A stretch of DNA of 64,000 bases from Candidatus Tectimicrobiota bacterium (GTDB lineage Bacteria > JACPUC01). The notes beneath the pieces are model-generated. The model did no database searches. It was not told the DNA's origin and was given only the letters and a program-made list of their open reading frames with translations. The first letter of the stretch is position 1, and each line of letters opens with the position of its first letter. Below, in pieces: positions 49,667-60,126 of the stretch. The DNA lies in the NCBI GenBank assembly GCA_016192455.1, contig JACPUC010000016.1, positions 1 through 64,000 of the forward strand, read 5' to 3'. Both the position numbers and the translations under genes were made by a program.

Positions 49667-50689
49667 TCAGCTTCCGTTCAAACGATAGAAACGGCGCGGG
49701 TTGTCATCGAAGATCTTGCGCTTGGCGCTGTCGCTGATGTCGGTCCGTTTCGTGATGTCGTGCACCATGTTGGGCCAGGTCATGTCCCAGTGCGGGTAGT
49801 CGCTGGCCCAGATGACGATGTCTTCGCCGAGCTTGTCGAGCGCGTAAGCGAGCCCCTCCTCTTCCGCCTCGCAGGAGAAGAAGATGTTGCCCTCCTTGCA
49901 GTACTCGCTCGGTTTCCTCTTCACCAGCGGCGCTTCGCTGCGGCGCCGCTCCCACTCCTCGTCCATACGCTCCAGCCAGTACGGCACCCAGCCGACGCCC
50001 GCCTCCAGGAAGGCGAGCTTCAGGTTGGGGAACTTCTCGGGAATGCCGCCGAGCACCATGCCGGTGAGCGCCAGCATGATGTCGAGGGGGAAGGCGACGG
50101 TGTGCACCTTGATGAAGCTCTGGAAGCGCTCGATCCCGGTGGCGGCAAAGCTGTTGCCGTGCACGCCTAGGCCGACGCCGAGGCGCTCCGCCTCTTCGTA
50201 CAGCGGCCAGAACTCCTCGTTGCTGAGGTCCTTCGGCGGGCCGTTGCAGGGGAGCATGGCGCCGGCCGCGTTGAGCTTCGTGCAGGCCCGATTCAGCTCC
50301 TCCACCGCCGCCGGCATGTCCTGGATGGGAAGGAGCGCCACGTAGGCCAGCACGCCGCCGCTCTGGGCGCAGAACTCCGCCAGGTAGTCGTTGTAGGCGC
50401 GGGCCACCTCCACCGCCCAGCTCTTCTCCTGGATGGCGATGTGGTTCAGCCCCACGGTGGGGTACATCACCGAGATGTCGATGCCCTCGCTCTTCATGTC
50501 GGCGAGGCGGGCCTGCAGGTCCGCCCGCCGCTTCTCCGACGGGTGGCCTTCGAGGTAACGCTGCCAGGTGTCGAGGGGGATGAGCGTGCGCCGCTCCCGC
50601 GCCTCCGGCGGCAGCTTCCTGCGCAGCTCGGCGTCGTTCTCCATCATGTGGCCATCCGCATCGATCACCGAGAACCTGTTGACGGACAT
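49667..50689 (-). CDS. Amidohydrolase_2 family protein (hydrolase/non-oxidative decarboxylase)
   Basis: IDADGH, GIDISVMYPT, AYNDYLAEFC, FLEAGVGWVPY, WASDYPHWD and DNPRRFY. Confidence 0.9.
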   Translation of the reverse strand: MSVNRFSVIDADGHMMENDAELRRKLPPEARERRTLIPLDTWQRYLEGHPSEKRRADLQARLADMKSEGIDISVMYPTVGLNHIAIQEKSWAVEVARAYNDYLAEFCAQSGGVLAYVALLPIQDMPAAVEELNRACTKLNAAGAMLPCNGPPKDLSNEEFWPLYEEAERLGVGLGVHGNSFAATGIERFQSFIKVHTVAFPLDIMLALTGMVLGGIPEKFPNLKLAFLEAGVGWVPYWLERMDEEWERRRSEAPLVKRKPSEYCKEGNIFFSCEAEEEGLAYALDKLGEDIVIWASDYPHWDMTWPNMVHDITKRTDISDSAKRKIFDDNPRRFYRLNGS

Positions 50690-51088
50690 GATCTGGGTAC
50701 TCCTCCTCCGCTCCCCACGGCCTGACGGCCCGGCCCCTCGCCATCCGACCCCGCCGCGGAATCCGTCAACCCCCGCGCCTGTGGCAGGCCCGGGCTCCGC
50801 GTTCGGCATCCTTACTTTTCCGCTCCTCCGCCGCGTCCTGGCGAGGCGGAGCGCCGGCGTCGCCGCGCCGCCGCTGCGACTGAAAGAGGGACTCCGCCGG
50901 CAATGACTGCGGCACGCTGATCGTGAAGCGAGGCTCAGGTACCAGCCGCGTGGGGTGCGCGCGTTTAGGCTGATGTGCTCGCGCCACCTGCAACGCCGTT
51001 CATCCGCGCTGGGTAACGTGCAACGTCGGGAAGACGCGTGGACCGAACGGGGGTGGTAGACGCAGGCTAACAGAGGGGAAGGTTTGGG

Positions 51089-52498
51089 TCAAGACGCCAC
51101 GCCGAAGCGACAGAGCGCCAGGAGAGGGTGGAGCGAGGCGGCCTTTTCGAGCCCGCGCAGCAGGCTCAGGCAGCGGTCGGCATCCTGGGGTGCCAAGTGC
51201 AGGCTGGCGCACTGGCGGAACTTCTGCTCCAGGTCCGCCGCGCTGGCAGGATTGGCGGCGCTGCCGTAGGGCGCCAGGACGCGCCGGCTGTGCACGTGGC
51301 CGCTGCGCAGGGTGATCGTCACCTGGGCCGGCGAGAGGCGGGCAGCCTCCTCCCCAGCCAGTTCTTCGCTCGGCAGCATGGTGATGCGGCGCATCAGGTC
51401 GCGCACCGCAGCCGACCGCACCACCTCGTCGGTCACCTGCGCCGGCCCCACCTCGCCAAAGCAGAGCGCCGCCGCCAGGCAGAACTCCATGCTGAACTTC
51501 CCTTCGAGGGCCGTGCGCGGCGCATGGTGGATGAGGATCGCCGGCGCCAGTGGGTTGACCAGGCAGGCCACCTCCGCCACCTCGGCGGCGGCGAGGCGAT
51601 GCCGCCGGCGGAGTGCGAGCGCAGCGTCGATGGCGCAATGCGTGAAGGCGCAGGTGGGGTACATCTTGAGCGCGAAGCCGGGCGCCACAAGATCGAAGGG
51701 AGCGCCGAGGACCTCGCCAAGACGCGGCTCGCGTACCACGCCGGCGCCTCCACCGCTCCCTCCCTGGGGTCGTCCCGCATAGACCTCCAGGTACCCGCCC
51801 GGCCCGTCCAGGATGTCGGCGCCGCCGCTCATCCCCGCCTCCGCCAGGAGCGCGGCGGTAACCGCGTTGCGGGCAGCCTGGCCCACCTGGAACGGCTTGG
51901 CCATGGAGCCGAAGTTGCGCGCCAGGCCGCCGCTTTGCGCCGCCGCCAGGCCCAGGGCGTGGCCAAGTTGCGCCGGCGTCAGCTCGAGGAGCCGCGCCGC
52001 CGCGCAGGTGGCACCGAAGACGCCCAGGGTGCTGGTAGCGTGCCAGCCGTGCTCGTAGTGCGGCGGACAGAGCAACCGCCCGAGCTTGCACGACACCTCG
52101 ACGCCGATGGCGTAGGCGGCGAGCGCCTGCATGCCCGTGGCCTCGCAGCGCTCGGCCAGGGCCAGGACGACCGGCAGCACCACCGCGGTCGGGTGGCCGA
52201 AGAGGGTCCAGGAGGTGTCGTCGTAGTCGACCGCGTGGGCAATCACGCCGTTCGCCAGGGCGGCGTGGACGACGGGCGCCCGCCGCGTGGCGCCGAGGAC
52301 CGTCGCCTCCTCGCTTCCCCCGCAGGCTCGCGCGAAGCCCCGCGCCTGCGCCGCGGCGGGCGTGGCGAGGCCGGCGAACGCCGCCGCCAGGCAGTCGATC
52401 CAGGAGCGCCTGGCCGCCTCGAGGACGGCGCCGTCGAGGGCGCTGCGGTTGCTCGAGCAGACAAAGTCGATGATCTCTCCGGTGACCGAGGCTGCCAT
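51089..52498 (-). CDS. MmgE/PrpD family protein
   Basis: ALANGVIAHAVDYDDT, GHPTAV, GWHATS, KMYPTCAFTH and GKFSM. Confidence 0.9.
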   Translation of the reverse strand: MAASVTGEIIDFVCSSNRSALDGAVLEAARRSWIDCLAAAFAGLATPAAAQARGFARACGGSEEATVLGATRRAPVVHAALANGVIAHAVDYDDTSWTLFGHPTAVVLPVVLALAERCEATGMQALAAYAIGVEVSCKLGRLLCPPHYEHGWHATSTLGVFGATCAAARLLELTPAQLGHALGLAAAQSGGLARNFGSMAKPFQVGQAARNAVTAALLAEAGMSGGADILDGPGGYLEVYAGRPQGGSGGGAGVVREPRLGEVLGAPFDLVAPGFALKMYPTCAFTHCAIDAALALRRRHRLAAAEVAEVACLVNPLAPAILIHHAPRTALEGKFSMEFCLAAALCFGEVGPAQVTDEVVRSAAVRDLMRRITMLPSEELAGEEAARLSPAQVTITLRSGHVHSRRVLAPYGSAANPASAADLEQKFRQCASLHLAPQDADRCLSLLRGLEKAASLHPLLALCRFGVAS

Positions 52499-52582
52499 GG
52501 AACGAGGACTCCTCCTTGCCTGCGAGTGGCGAAACCTGGGCGGTCGGAGGCAATCCTGGAGCGCGGCGGCAGGTAAGCCCGG

Positions 52583-53212
52583 TCAGGCGGCGGAGAGCTG
52601 CCGCAGCACCGCCCGCACCGGCGAGCTGTCCACCCCGATGAGCTTGAGCGGCAGGGCAAGGAGCTCGTACCAGCCTTCGGGCACGTGGCTCAGCTCCAGG
52701 CTCTCGAGGATGGCGATGCCGCGGTCAAGGAGGCGGCGATGCACCTCGAGCGCCGCACTCGTCGCGGCATCGACGCTGGGAGCATCAACCCCGACGAGGA
52801 GCACACCGTGCCGCGCCAGGAGGTCCGCCGCTTCCAGCGTCAACGGTTGATAGGCGCCGTCAAACCCATAGTCGGGTGGCCCCACCCCGGTCTTCAGGAG
52901 GAGCCGTTCGATGCGCCCCAGGTCGAGGTGCGCGAGGGAGCGCGCCGAGATGGGGGCCGTGCCGCGCACCTCGGCGAGGTAGGCGCGGCCAAGGTACGGG
53001 CGCAGGGAGACGGCATCGATGCTCGCCGCCCGCTCCTCGAGGTGACGCGGGGCGTCGGCATGGGTGCCGGCATGGGAGCTGAGGGAGAGAGCCGCACTGT
53101 TGTAATCGTCCCCGCGGTCGCGACGCGCGGTCCATTCCAGCCGGAACGCGGCATCCCCCGGCCAGACGGCCATGCCGGGCTGAAGCGGTCGCGTCACGTC
53201 GTAGAGCTCCAT
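52583..53212 (-). CDS. Cyclase family protein (kynurenine formamidase-like)
   Basis: VWPGD, HAGTHADAPRH, GVDAPSVD, ILESL and SPVRAVL. Confidence 0.88.
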   Translation of the reverse strand: MELYDVTRPLQPGMAVWPGDAAFRLEWTARRDRGDDYNSAALSLSSHAGTHADAPRHLEERAASIDAVSLRPYLGRAYLAEVRGTAPISARSLAHLDLGRIERLLLKTGVGPPDYGFDGAYQPLTLEAADLLARHGVLLVGVDAPSVDAATSAALEVHRRLLDRGIAILESLELSHVPEGWYELLALPLKLIGVDSSPVRAVLRQLSAA

Positions 53213-53427
53213 GATCGGGCATCCTCTCCCTGCGCTTCCCTCATCCGATGATGGCGGAAGGACGAATCTCACCTGCCGCCGGCATCTCTGGGCTGGTTTG
53301 CAGTGGCGTGGTAGTATAAACTTACAACGGCGCGGTGAGCATGCCGATTTTCTTGTCAGCGCTTCCCCCTTGCCGCGAGCGGCGATTCCCCAGGTCCGCG
53401 TGGCTTCCAGGTGCGAGTACCAGCCCC

Positions 53428-55299
53428 ATGCAACTCCGTGTGACGTTCCATCCCGAAGGGCGCGCCGTGTTTGTGTCCCCCGGGACGAGTTTTCTCGACG
53501 CCGCCTACGAGGCGGAGCTCGACGTGCAGGCCATCTGCGGCCGCCGCGGCCGCTGCACGAGCTGCCGCATGAAGATCATCCGCGGGCGCGTCGAGCCGCC
53601 CACGGATTTGGAGCGCCAACAGCTCAGCGAGGACGACCTACGCGAGGGCTTCCGCCTCGGCTGCCAGGTGGCGGTGCAGGAGGAGAGCGTGGCGCACGTC
53701 GCGCCGCTGGTGAGCGAGACCTCCTTCCGCATCCTCGTCGAGGGCGACAGCAATGGCCTTGCGATGCCGCTCGATACGGGGCTGACGAAGCGGGTGGTGG
53801 TGGCGAAGGCGCCGACCACCGAGGAGCACCAAACATCGGATGTCGAGGAGGTCCTCGCAACCTGTCCCGGCATCTCCGAGACCCTCTCCCTCGAGGTCAT
53901 CCGCGCCATCCCCGCCGCCCTGCGCCAGGAGCGAGGCAGGCTCACCCTCACCCTGGATGAGGGCCGCCTCCTCGCCGTGGAGCCTGGGGATACCAGCGAA
54001 GCGCTCTACGGCATGGCCTTCGACATCGGCACCACCACGGTGGTGGGCTACCTCCTCGATCTGCGGACTGGCGCGCGGCTCAGCGCCGTCTCTGGGCTCA
54101 ACCCCCAGTCCAGCTACGGCGGCGACCTCATGTCGCGCATCAAGTTTGCGCAGGATGATCCGGCGGGCGCCCGCAAGCTGCACGGCAAGATCATCCAGGG
54201 GATGAACGAGCTGATCGCCAACGCCTGCCGCGAGGCGGAGGTGCGGGCGGACCGCATCTACAAGGCGGTGGTGGTGGGCAACACCTGCATGCACCACCTC
54301 GTCCTCGGCATCACCCCCCTCTTCCTCGGCCAGGCCCCGTACGCCCCGGTGCTGCGCCGGCCCGTCAGCCTGCCGGCGCACCGCCTCGGCCTGCACGTGC
54401 AGCGCGAGGCGCGCGTGGAGCTGCTGCCGAATATCGCCGGCTTCGTGGGGGCGGACACCGTGGCGATGATCCTGGCGACGCAGATTTACGACGCTCCCAC
54501 GGTGCGGGTGGCCGTCGATATCGGCACCAACGGCGAGGTGGTGATCGGCTCGCGCCAGGGGCTCATGGTCTGCTCGGCGCCGGCCGGGCCGGCCTTCGAG
54601 GGGGCGCAGATCAAGCACGGCATGCGCGGCGCCATGGGCGCCATCGATCAGCTCAGCATCAGCGACCGCCTCTCCTACCACGTCATCGGTGAGGTGCCGC
54701 CCGTCGGCATCTGCGGCTCGGGGCTTATCGACGCGGCGGCGGCGCTCCTCGATGCCGGCCTCATGGATGCCACCGGCCGCCTGCAGGCGGAGCCCCTGCG
54801 GCCGGTGAGCGACGACGTCCGCCGGCGCATCGTTGCCGAGGGCACGAACCGGCGCGTCATCCTCGCCTTTCCTGACGAGACCGGCACGGGCGAAGCGATT
54901 GTGCTGACGCAGCAGGATATCCGCGAACTGCAGCTCGCCAAGGCCGCCATCTGCAGCGGCATCCTGATGCTCATCAAGGAGATGGGCCTCTACCTTGGCG
55001 ACGTTGAGGATCTCTCCCTGGCCGGCGCTTTCGGCACCTACCTGAATCGCAGCAGCGCCCGGCGCATCGGCCTCATTCCGCCGCTGCCGCTGGAGCGGGT
55101 GCGCTTCATCGGCAACGCCGCCGGCTTCGGGGCCCAGCTCGCCTTGCTGTCGCGGCCGCACCGCAAGCTGGCGGAGGACCTGGTGCGCTCCATCCGGCAC
55201 GTGCCGCTGGCGACGAACCTGAGTTTCATGGACATCTTCACCGGGGCGATCAACTTCCCGCAGCAGATCAACGTGGTCGATGCGCCCGTCCAGGCATGA
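53428..55299 (+). CDS. ASKHA/DUF4445 protein with N-terminal 2Fe-2S domain (RACo/RamA-like corrinoid reductive activator)
   Basis: CGRRGRCTSC...RLGCQ, AFDIGTTTV, NPQSSYGGDLMSRI, DIGTNGE, GPAFEG, GICGSG and LAGAFG. Confidence 0.88.
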   Translation: MQLRVTFHPEGRAVFVSPGTSFLDAAYEAELDVQAICGRRGRCTSCRMKIIRGRVEPPTDLERQQLSEDDLREGFRLGCQVAVQEESVAHVAPLVSETSFRILVEGDSNGLAMPLDTGLTKRVVVAKAPTTEEHQTSDVEEVLATCPGISETLSLEVIRAIPAALRQERGRLTLTLDEGRLLAVEPGDTSEALYGMAFDIGTTTVVGYLLDLRTGARLSAVSGLNPQSSYGGDLMSRIKFAQDDPAGARKLHGKIIQGMNELIANACREAEVRADRIYKAVVVGNTCMHHLVLGITPLFLGQAPYAPVLRRPVSLPAHRLGLHVQREARVELLPNIAGFVGADTVAMILATQIYDAPTVRVAVDIGTNGEVVIGSRQGLMVCSAPAGPAFEGAQIKHGMRGAMGAIDQLSISDRLSYHVIGEVPPVGICGSGLIDAAAALLDAGLMDATGRLQAEPLRPVSDDVRRRIVAEGTNRRVILAFPDETGTGEAIVLTQQDIRELQLAKAAICSGILMLIKEMGLYLGDVEDLSLAGAFGTYLNRSSARRIGLIPPLPLERVRFIGNAAGFGAQLALLSRPHRKLAEDLVRSIRHVPLATNLSFMDIFTGAINFPQQINVVDAPVQA

Positions 55300-55453
55300 G
55301 TCAAGCGGGCACGGCTCTGCGGCCGCCTCGGCAGCCTCGGACCGCAGCAGCCGGGCGGGGTGCGTCCCGCGCCGTCCCGGCGGCGCCGGCGCCGTGCTCC
55401 CCGCCGGGCAGCCAGCGCTTCAGCAGGCGCGACACGGAGGTGCCCGAGCTGAG

Positions 55454-56956
55454 GTGGCGAGCGTGACCCCTCCTCCCTTCTCCTACCCCGAGGTGCCGCT
55501 GCACGAGCTGCTGCGGGCCTCGTGCCGCCGTTCGCCCGAGAAGGCGGCGGTGATCTTCGAGGACCGCGCCATCTCCTACGCCCAGCTCGAAGCCCGCGCC
55601 AACCGGCTGGCGCAGGCGCTGCGCGCCAGCGGCGTACAGCGCGGCGACCGGGTGATCGTCTCCACCTACAACCGGCCGGAGTTCCTGGAGTGCTTCTACG
55701 CCGTCAGCATGGCGGGGGGAGTCATCACGCCGATGAACCCCTCCTACAAGCCAGAAGAGATCGCCCATCAGATCACCAACGCCGAGGCCTGCCTGGCCCT
55801 CCTGGAGGCCCCCGTCTATGCGAGGCTCGCCGGCGTGCGCGCCGCGGCAAGCTGCTTGAAGCAGGTGGTGGCGATCGGGGCCGAGCCGCAAGCCGGCGAC
55901 GCCGCTTACGAGGACTTCCTCGCCGCCTTCCCGCCCGAGGCGCCGCCGGAGGTGTCCCTCAATATCAGCGAGGACCTCGCCGCGCTCATTTACTCCAGCG
56001 GCACCATGGGACGCCCGCGCGGCGTCATGATGACGCACCGGAACCTCGTCTGCAGTCACTTCCAGTACATCTACGCCGGCCAGCTCACCGCCGAGGACCG
56101 CTCCCTCATCTTCCTGCCCTTCGTGCACGTTTACGGGCTCATGCTCCTGAACGGCATGATCGCGGCGGGGGGCACCCAGGTCCTCCTGCACCGGTACAAC
56201 CTCGAGCAGACGCTGGAGCTGGTGCAGCGCCACAAGGTGACGCTCTACTATACGACCACCTCCGTCCTCATCAAGATGGGGCAGTTTCCGCGTTTGGGGG
56301 AGTACGACCTCAGCTCGGTGCGCTACATCAACAGCGGCGGCGCCCCGTTGCCCGTCGAGGTGCGCCGGCGCATCCGCGACCTCACCGGGCTGCCGGTGGC
56401 GGATGGCTACGGCATGACCGAGGCGCCCCTCGTCGGCTCATTCGTGCCGGCCGAGGAACGCCGCATCGTTGACGAGGAGACCGGCACCGTCGAGCTGCCG
56501 GCCGGCCAACCCGGCGAGCTCATCATCCGCGGCGACCACGTCATGCGGGGCTACTGGCGGGACCCCGAAGCCACCGCGGCGGTGCTGCGCGACGGCTGGC
56601 TGCACACCGGCGACATCGCCTACCTCGATGCCAAGGGACACTTGCGGCTCGCCGGCCGGAAGAAGGAGATGATCAAGTACAAGGGGTTCGCCATCTCGCC
56701 GTCGGAGATCGAAGGCGTGCTGCTGGACCATCCCGACGTGTCCGACTGCGCCGTCGTCGGCGTCCCCGATGCCGAGGCGGGCGAGGTGCCGAAAGCCTTC
56801 ATCGTCCCCAAGGCCGGGGCGCGCCTCGACGCGGCGGCGCTGCGCGGCTACCTGCGGGAGCGCCTGGCGGAGTACAAGCAGGTGCGCGCCTTTCAGTTCG
56901 TTGACAGCATCCCACGCAACCACTACGGGAAGATCCTGCGCCGCGTCTTGAGCTGA
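55454..56956 (+). CDS. Long-chain fatty-acid/4-coumarate-type CoA ligase
   Basis: YSSGTMGRPRG, GYGMTEA, GWLHTGD, GRKKEMIKYKG and GKILRR. The start is uncertain. Confidence 0.88.
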   Translation: MASVTPPPFSYPEVPLHELLRASCRRSPEKAAVIFEDRAISYAQLEARANRLAQALRASGVQRGDRVIVSTYNRPEFLECFYAVSMAGGVITPMNPSYKPEEIAHQITNAEACLALLEAPVYARLAGVRAAASCLKQVVAIGAEPQAGDAAYEDFLAAFPPEAPPEVSLNISEDLAALIYSSGTMGRPRGVMMTHRNLVCSHFQYIYAGQLTAEDRSLIFLPFVHVYGLMLLNGMIAAGGTQVLLHRYNLEQTLELVQRHKVTLYYTTTSVLIKMGQFPRLGEYDLSSVRYINSGGAPLPVEVRRRIRDLTGLPVADGYGMTEAPLVGSFVPAEERRIVDEETGTVELPAGQPGELIIRGDHVMRGYWRDPEATAAVLRDGWLHTGDIAYLDAKGHLRLAGRKKEMIKYKGFAISPSEIEGVLLDHPDVSDCAVVGVPDAEAGEVPKAFIVPKAGARLDAAALRGYLRERLAEYKQVRAFQFVDSIPRNHYGKILRRVLS

Positions 56957-57003
56957 AGCGAGAGCACGAGCCGCGCCGCTATGATCCCCGGGGAGCGTTT
57001 CTG

Positions 57004-58164
57004 ATGGAACGTCATCACCGCGATGCCGTGATCGTCGCTGCCGTCCGCACCCCCATCGGCAGGCGGGGTGGGGCGTTGAGCGCCTGGCGGCCGGACGAAA
57101 TGGCCGCTTTCATCTTGCGCGAGCTGATGGAGCGGGCGGAGGTCTCACCAGGGCTGGTGGAGGACGTGCTGCTCGGCTGCGCCACACCGGTGGGCGAGCA
57201 GGGCTACAACGTCGGGCGCCTGGCCGCCCTCATGGCCGGCTTCCCGGCGCGGGTGCCGGCCGTCACCCTGAACCGCATGTGCGCCTCCAGCGATCAGGCG
57301 GCCCAGTTCGCCTCCCAGGCGATTCGCAGCGGCGACCGCGACGTGGTGATCGCCGCCGGCGTGGAGAGCATGAGCCGGGTGCCGATGGGGTCGGACGGCG
57401 GCAAGCTCAGCAGGCTGCTGCGGCAGCGCTACGACATCGTGCCGCAGGGCATCTCCGCCGAGCTCATGGCGCGGCGCTGGAAGCTCAGCCGCGCCGAGCT
57501 CGACGCCTACTCCCTGCGCAGCCACGAGCGCGCCGTGGCGGCTCAGCGCGCCGAGAACTTCAGGCGCGAGCTGGCGCCCATCGACGTGGCCCTGGCGAGC
57601 GGCGAACGGCTGAAGCTTGAGCAGGACGAGGGGCCGCGACCGGGCACTTCCCTCGAGCAGATCGCCGCCCTGCCTGCCGTCTTCCAGGAGGACGGGGTCG
57701 TCACCGCCGGCAACTCCAGCCAGATGAGCGACGGCGCCGCCGCCCTCCTCATCATGGCCCGCGAGGCCGCCGAGCGCCTCGGCCTGCGGCCGCGGGCGCG
57801 CTTCGTGGCGCATACCACCGTCGGCAGTGATCCCACCCTGCAGCTCGACGGTCCGGTCGCGGCGACCCAGGCGGTGCTTGCCCGCGCCCGCCTGCCCTTG
57901 GCGGCGATGGACCATTTCGAGGTGAACGAAGCCTTCGCCTCCGTGGTCCTGGCCTGGGCGCGGGAGCACCACCCCGACGAGGCGAAGCTGAACCCGCGGG
58001 GCGGCGGCATCTCGTTGGGCCACCCGCTCGGCGCCACCGGGGCGCGCCTTCTCGTCACCATGCTGCATGCCCTCGAGGACCGGGGGGGCCGCTACGGCCT
58101 GCAGACGATGTGCATCGGCCACGGCATGGCGAACGCCACGATCATCGAGCTGGAGCCTGCTTAG
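57004..58164 (+). CDS. Thiolase (acetyl-CoA C-acyltransferase)
   Basis: NRMCASS, TAGNSSQMSDGA, NEAFAS, GHPLGATG and MCIGHG. Confidence 0.93.
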   Translation: MERHHRDAVIVAAVRTPIGRRGGALSAWRPDEMAAFILRELMERAEVSPGLVEDVLLGCATPVGEQGYNVGRLAALMAGFPARVPAVTLNRMCASSDQAAQFASQAIRSGDRDVVIAAGVESMSRVPMGSDGGKLSRLLRQRYDIVPQGISAELMARRWKLSRAELDAYSLRSHERAVAAQRAENFRRELAPIDVALASGERLKLEQDEGPRPGTSLEQIAALPAVFQEDGVVTAGNSSQMSDGAAALLIMAREAAERLGLRPRARFVAHTTVGSDPTLQLDGPVAATQAVLARARLPLAAMDHFEVNEAFASVVLAWAREHHPDEAKLNPRGGGISLGHPLGATGARLLVTMLHALEDRGGRYGLQTMCIGHGMANATIIELEPA

Positions 58165-58268
58165 TACGCCTGTGTCATACAGACATCCCGCCCGCGTCGC
58201 CATGTTGCCAGCAAGGTCAACATTGGAATACTGCCACAACGTGGTGTTAGGTCTTCCTTAACCTGGCC

Positions 58269-58978
58269 TTAGAATCTTTTCTCGTAGTCCAGGGATAAAC
58301 GAGTCAACATTGCGCCGTACTCGCTCTTGAGTTGGTCCTCATTAACCCACGCGAAGCGAAAGGGTGCTTCATTTGTGGCTCGGAAGCGCAGCAGGATTGG
58401 TGGTCGAAGGCCGAAAATGCTTCCTGCCTGAGACGGCTCTCCGCTGCGGCCGCCTCTTGAATCGGGTGGCGATAAGCGGCGCTTCCATCGGTTGTGAAAA
58501 CCCTATCGCCTTCATACGAAGTGTAGTGGCTGGCTTGGTTGACGCCGACTATCGCTACGCAAATGGGTTCGCCTCCCGCTTTGCGAAACTGTTCAACCTG
58601 TCTTCGGAGATCGCTGATGACCCGATCGATCTGTTTAATCATCGCCTTTGAAAGAATCTTCGTTTCTGCACCGATTTCTACCGTGGCTAACCGTCCGCGT
58701 GCGACGGCATAGCCCTGATCGACGATTGCATCTACTGCTGGAATAATCTCTCCAAAGGTCCCATCACCGCGCCGTGCTGAGACGCCGACTAACCGATTCT
58801 GCGTGTTCAAGACTCGCCTCGTGGCCTGAACCCGTTGGCAGAACTTGGGTGACCTGCCGAGGTAGTAGAGATCCTCGTAGAGCTGTTGGGACACGTAATC
58901 GCCGAGCTTGCTGCTTCTATGTCGGTAGGTCTTACCCTCGAAGAGACCGCGGAACTCATCCAGGAGCCGATAGACCAT
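58269..58978 (-). pseudogene. Putative type II restriction endonuclease, frameshifted near the C-terminus
   Basis: ATG overlaps the MTase stop (TGATG) and a PD-(D/E)xK-like GDG...EIGAETKIL is present. At ~58398 the frame slips: the natural-looking tail ILLRFRATNEAPFRFAWV...DYEKRF* is in another frame (total length 710 nt = 3n+2). Confidence 0.6.
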
Positions 58979-59838
58979 CAAGCGGTCTCCCCTGAGACAA
59001 GCTTGAGCGGGCGCTGCGAACGGCAAATGTCAACACGGGCGGTCAGGGTGCCACATTGGAGGCGCTGCTCAACGACACCCAGGTAGGTGGGTTCCACTTC
59101 GATTGAAATCGAGTTCCTTCCTATCTCAATTGCCGCCACGGCGGTTGTTCCCGTTCCTGCAAAGGGGTCGAGGATGGTATCATCGACGAAAGAGAACATG
59201 CGGATCAAGCGGGAGGGAATCTCTACGGGATACGGCGCCGGATGGCTGCGCCGAAGCTGGCCGGTAATGTCCGTCCATATAGGCGAAAACCATTTCGCAT
59301 AATCGTCCGTCGATATGCGGGAGAGCTGCTCTTGCTCCAAAGTTGGTTTCCTATACCCTCCAGGCTTGCGAAAGAACAGAATGTGCTCGATGTCGTTTTT
59401 GACAACCCCATTAGGGAGATTCGGCTTACCAAGAAAGCGCCTGGAATGGGAGGCCTCAAGCGTGATGTTGGCAACTTTCAGCCAACGGATGGGGGTGAGG
59501 TTATCGAAGCCGAGACGCCGCGCTCTTACCTGAATATCAGCAGAGAGGGGGAGCACCTAGTGACGACCGGCACGCCGCCGAGATATGCAGATGTCACCGA
59601 CGACACAGCAGACTCGGCCGCCTGGGACCAGGAGGCGCAGACATTCCGCCCACACCTTGTCAAGCTCGTCCAGGAACTGTTCGTAGGAATCAATGTTCCC
59701 TAGCTGGTACGGCCCCTCGGGATACTCTTTGAGTGAGCCGTATGGAGGAGAGGTAACAACAAGGTGAACGGATTCGTTGTGGAGGAAGGACATATCGCGC
59801 GCGTCACCTTCCTTCACGAGGTGTCTCGTAATCGTCAT
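58978..59838 (-). pseudogene. Beta-class N4/N6 DNA methyltransferase interrupted by an in-frame TAG
   Basis: Motif IV VTSPPY and motif I DPFAGTGTT are in the same frame, split only by TAG at 59557-59559 (GRH*VLPL). Confidence 0.85.
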
Positions 59839-60126
59839 GGCTGGCCCCCAAAGGGTAGTTTTTTCTAACCGTACATAGAGTATTCTGTTAGTTTAGAGGA
59901 ATCGAAGCACAGGAGCAAACGACTTTCATCTGCAGATGCGCCGCTGTGACGCAACCCCGACGGTGGGCGCATCTGCCTGTGGCCAGGTCCGCCAAGGTGG
60001 GACAGGCAGGCGAGCAGACAAGGTCCCCTCCCGAACGGGCTTCCATCACCTCCACCACCGCCCCCATCAGACGGTTGGATACGACGCCACAACAGCGCGA
60101 CGGCGTGTGACTCCGCCGTTTCCCTC

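Noticed and set aside
59557-59559. Pyrrolysine or amber readthrough in the DNA methyltransferase
   Set aside because: No pyl genes are in the window, TAG is the ordinary stop for many genes here (e.g. glnE, thiG, thiE), and the partner gene is also broken. A nonsense mutation is simpler.
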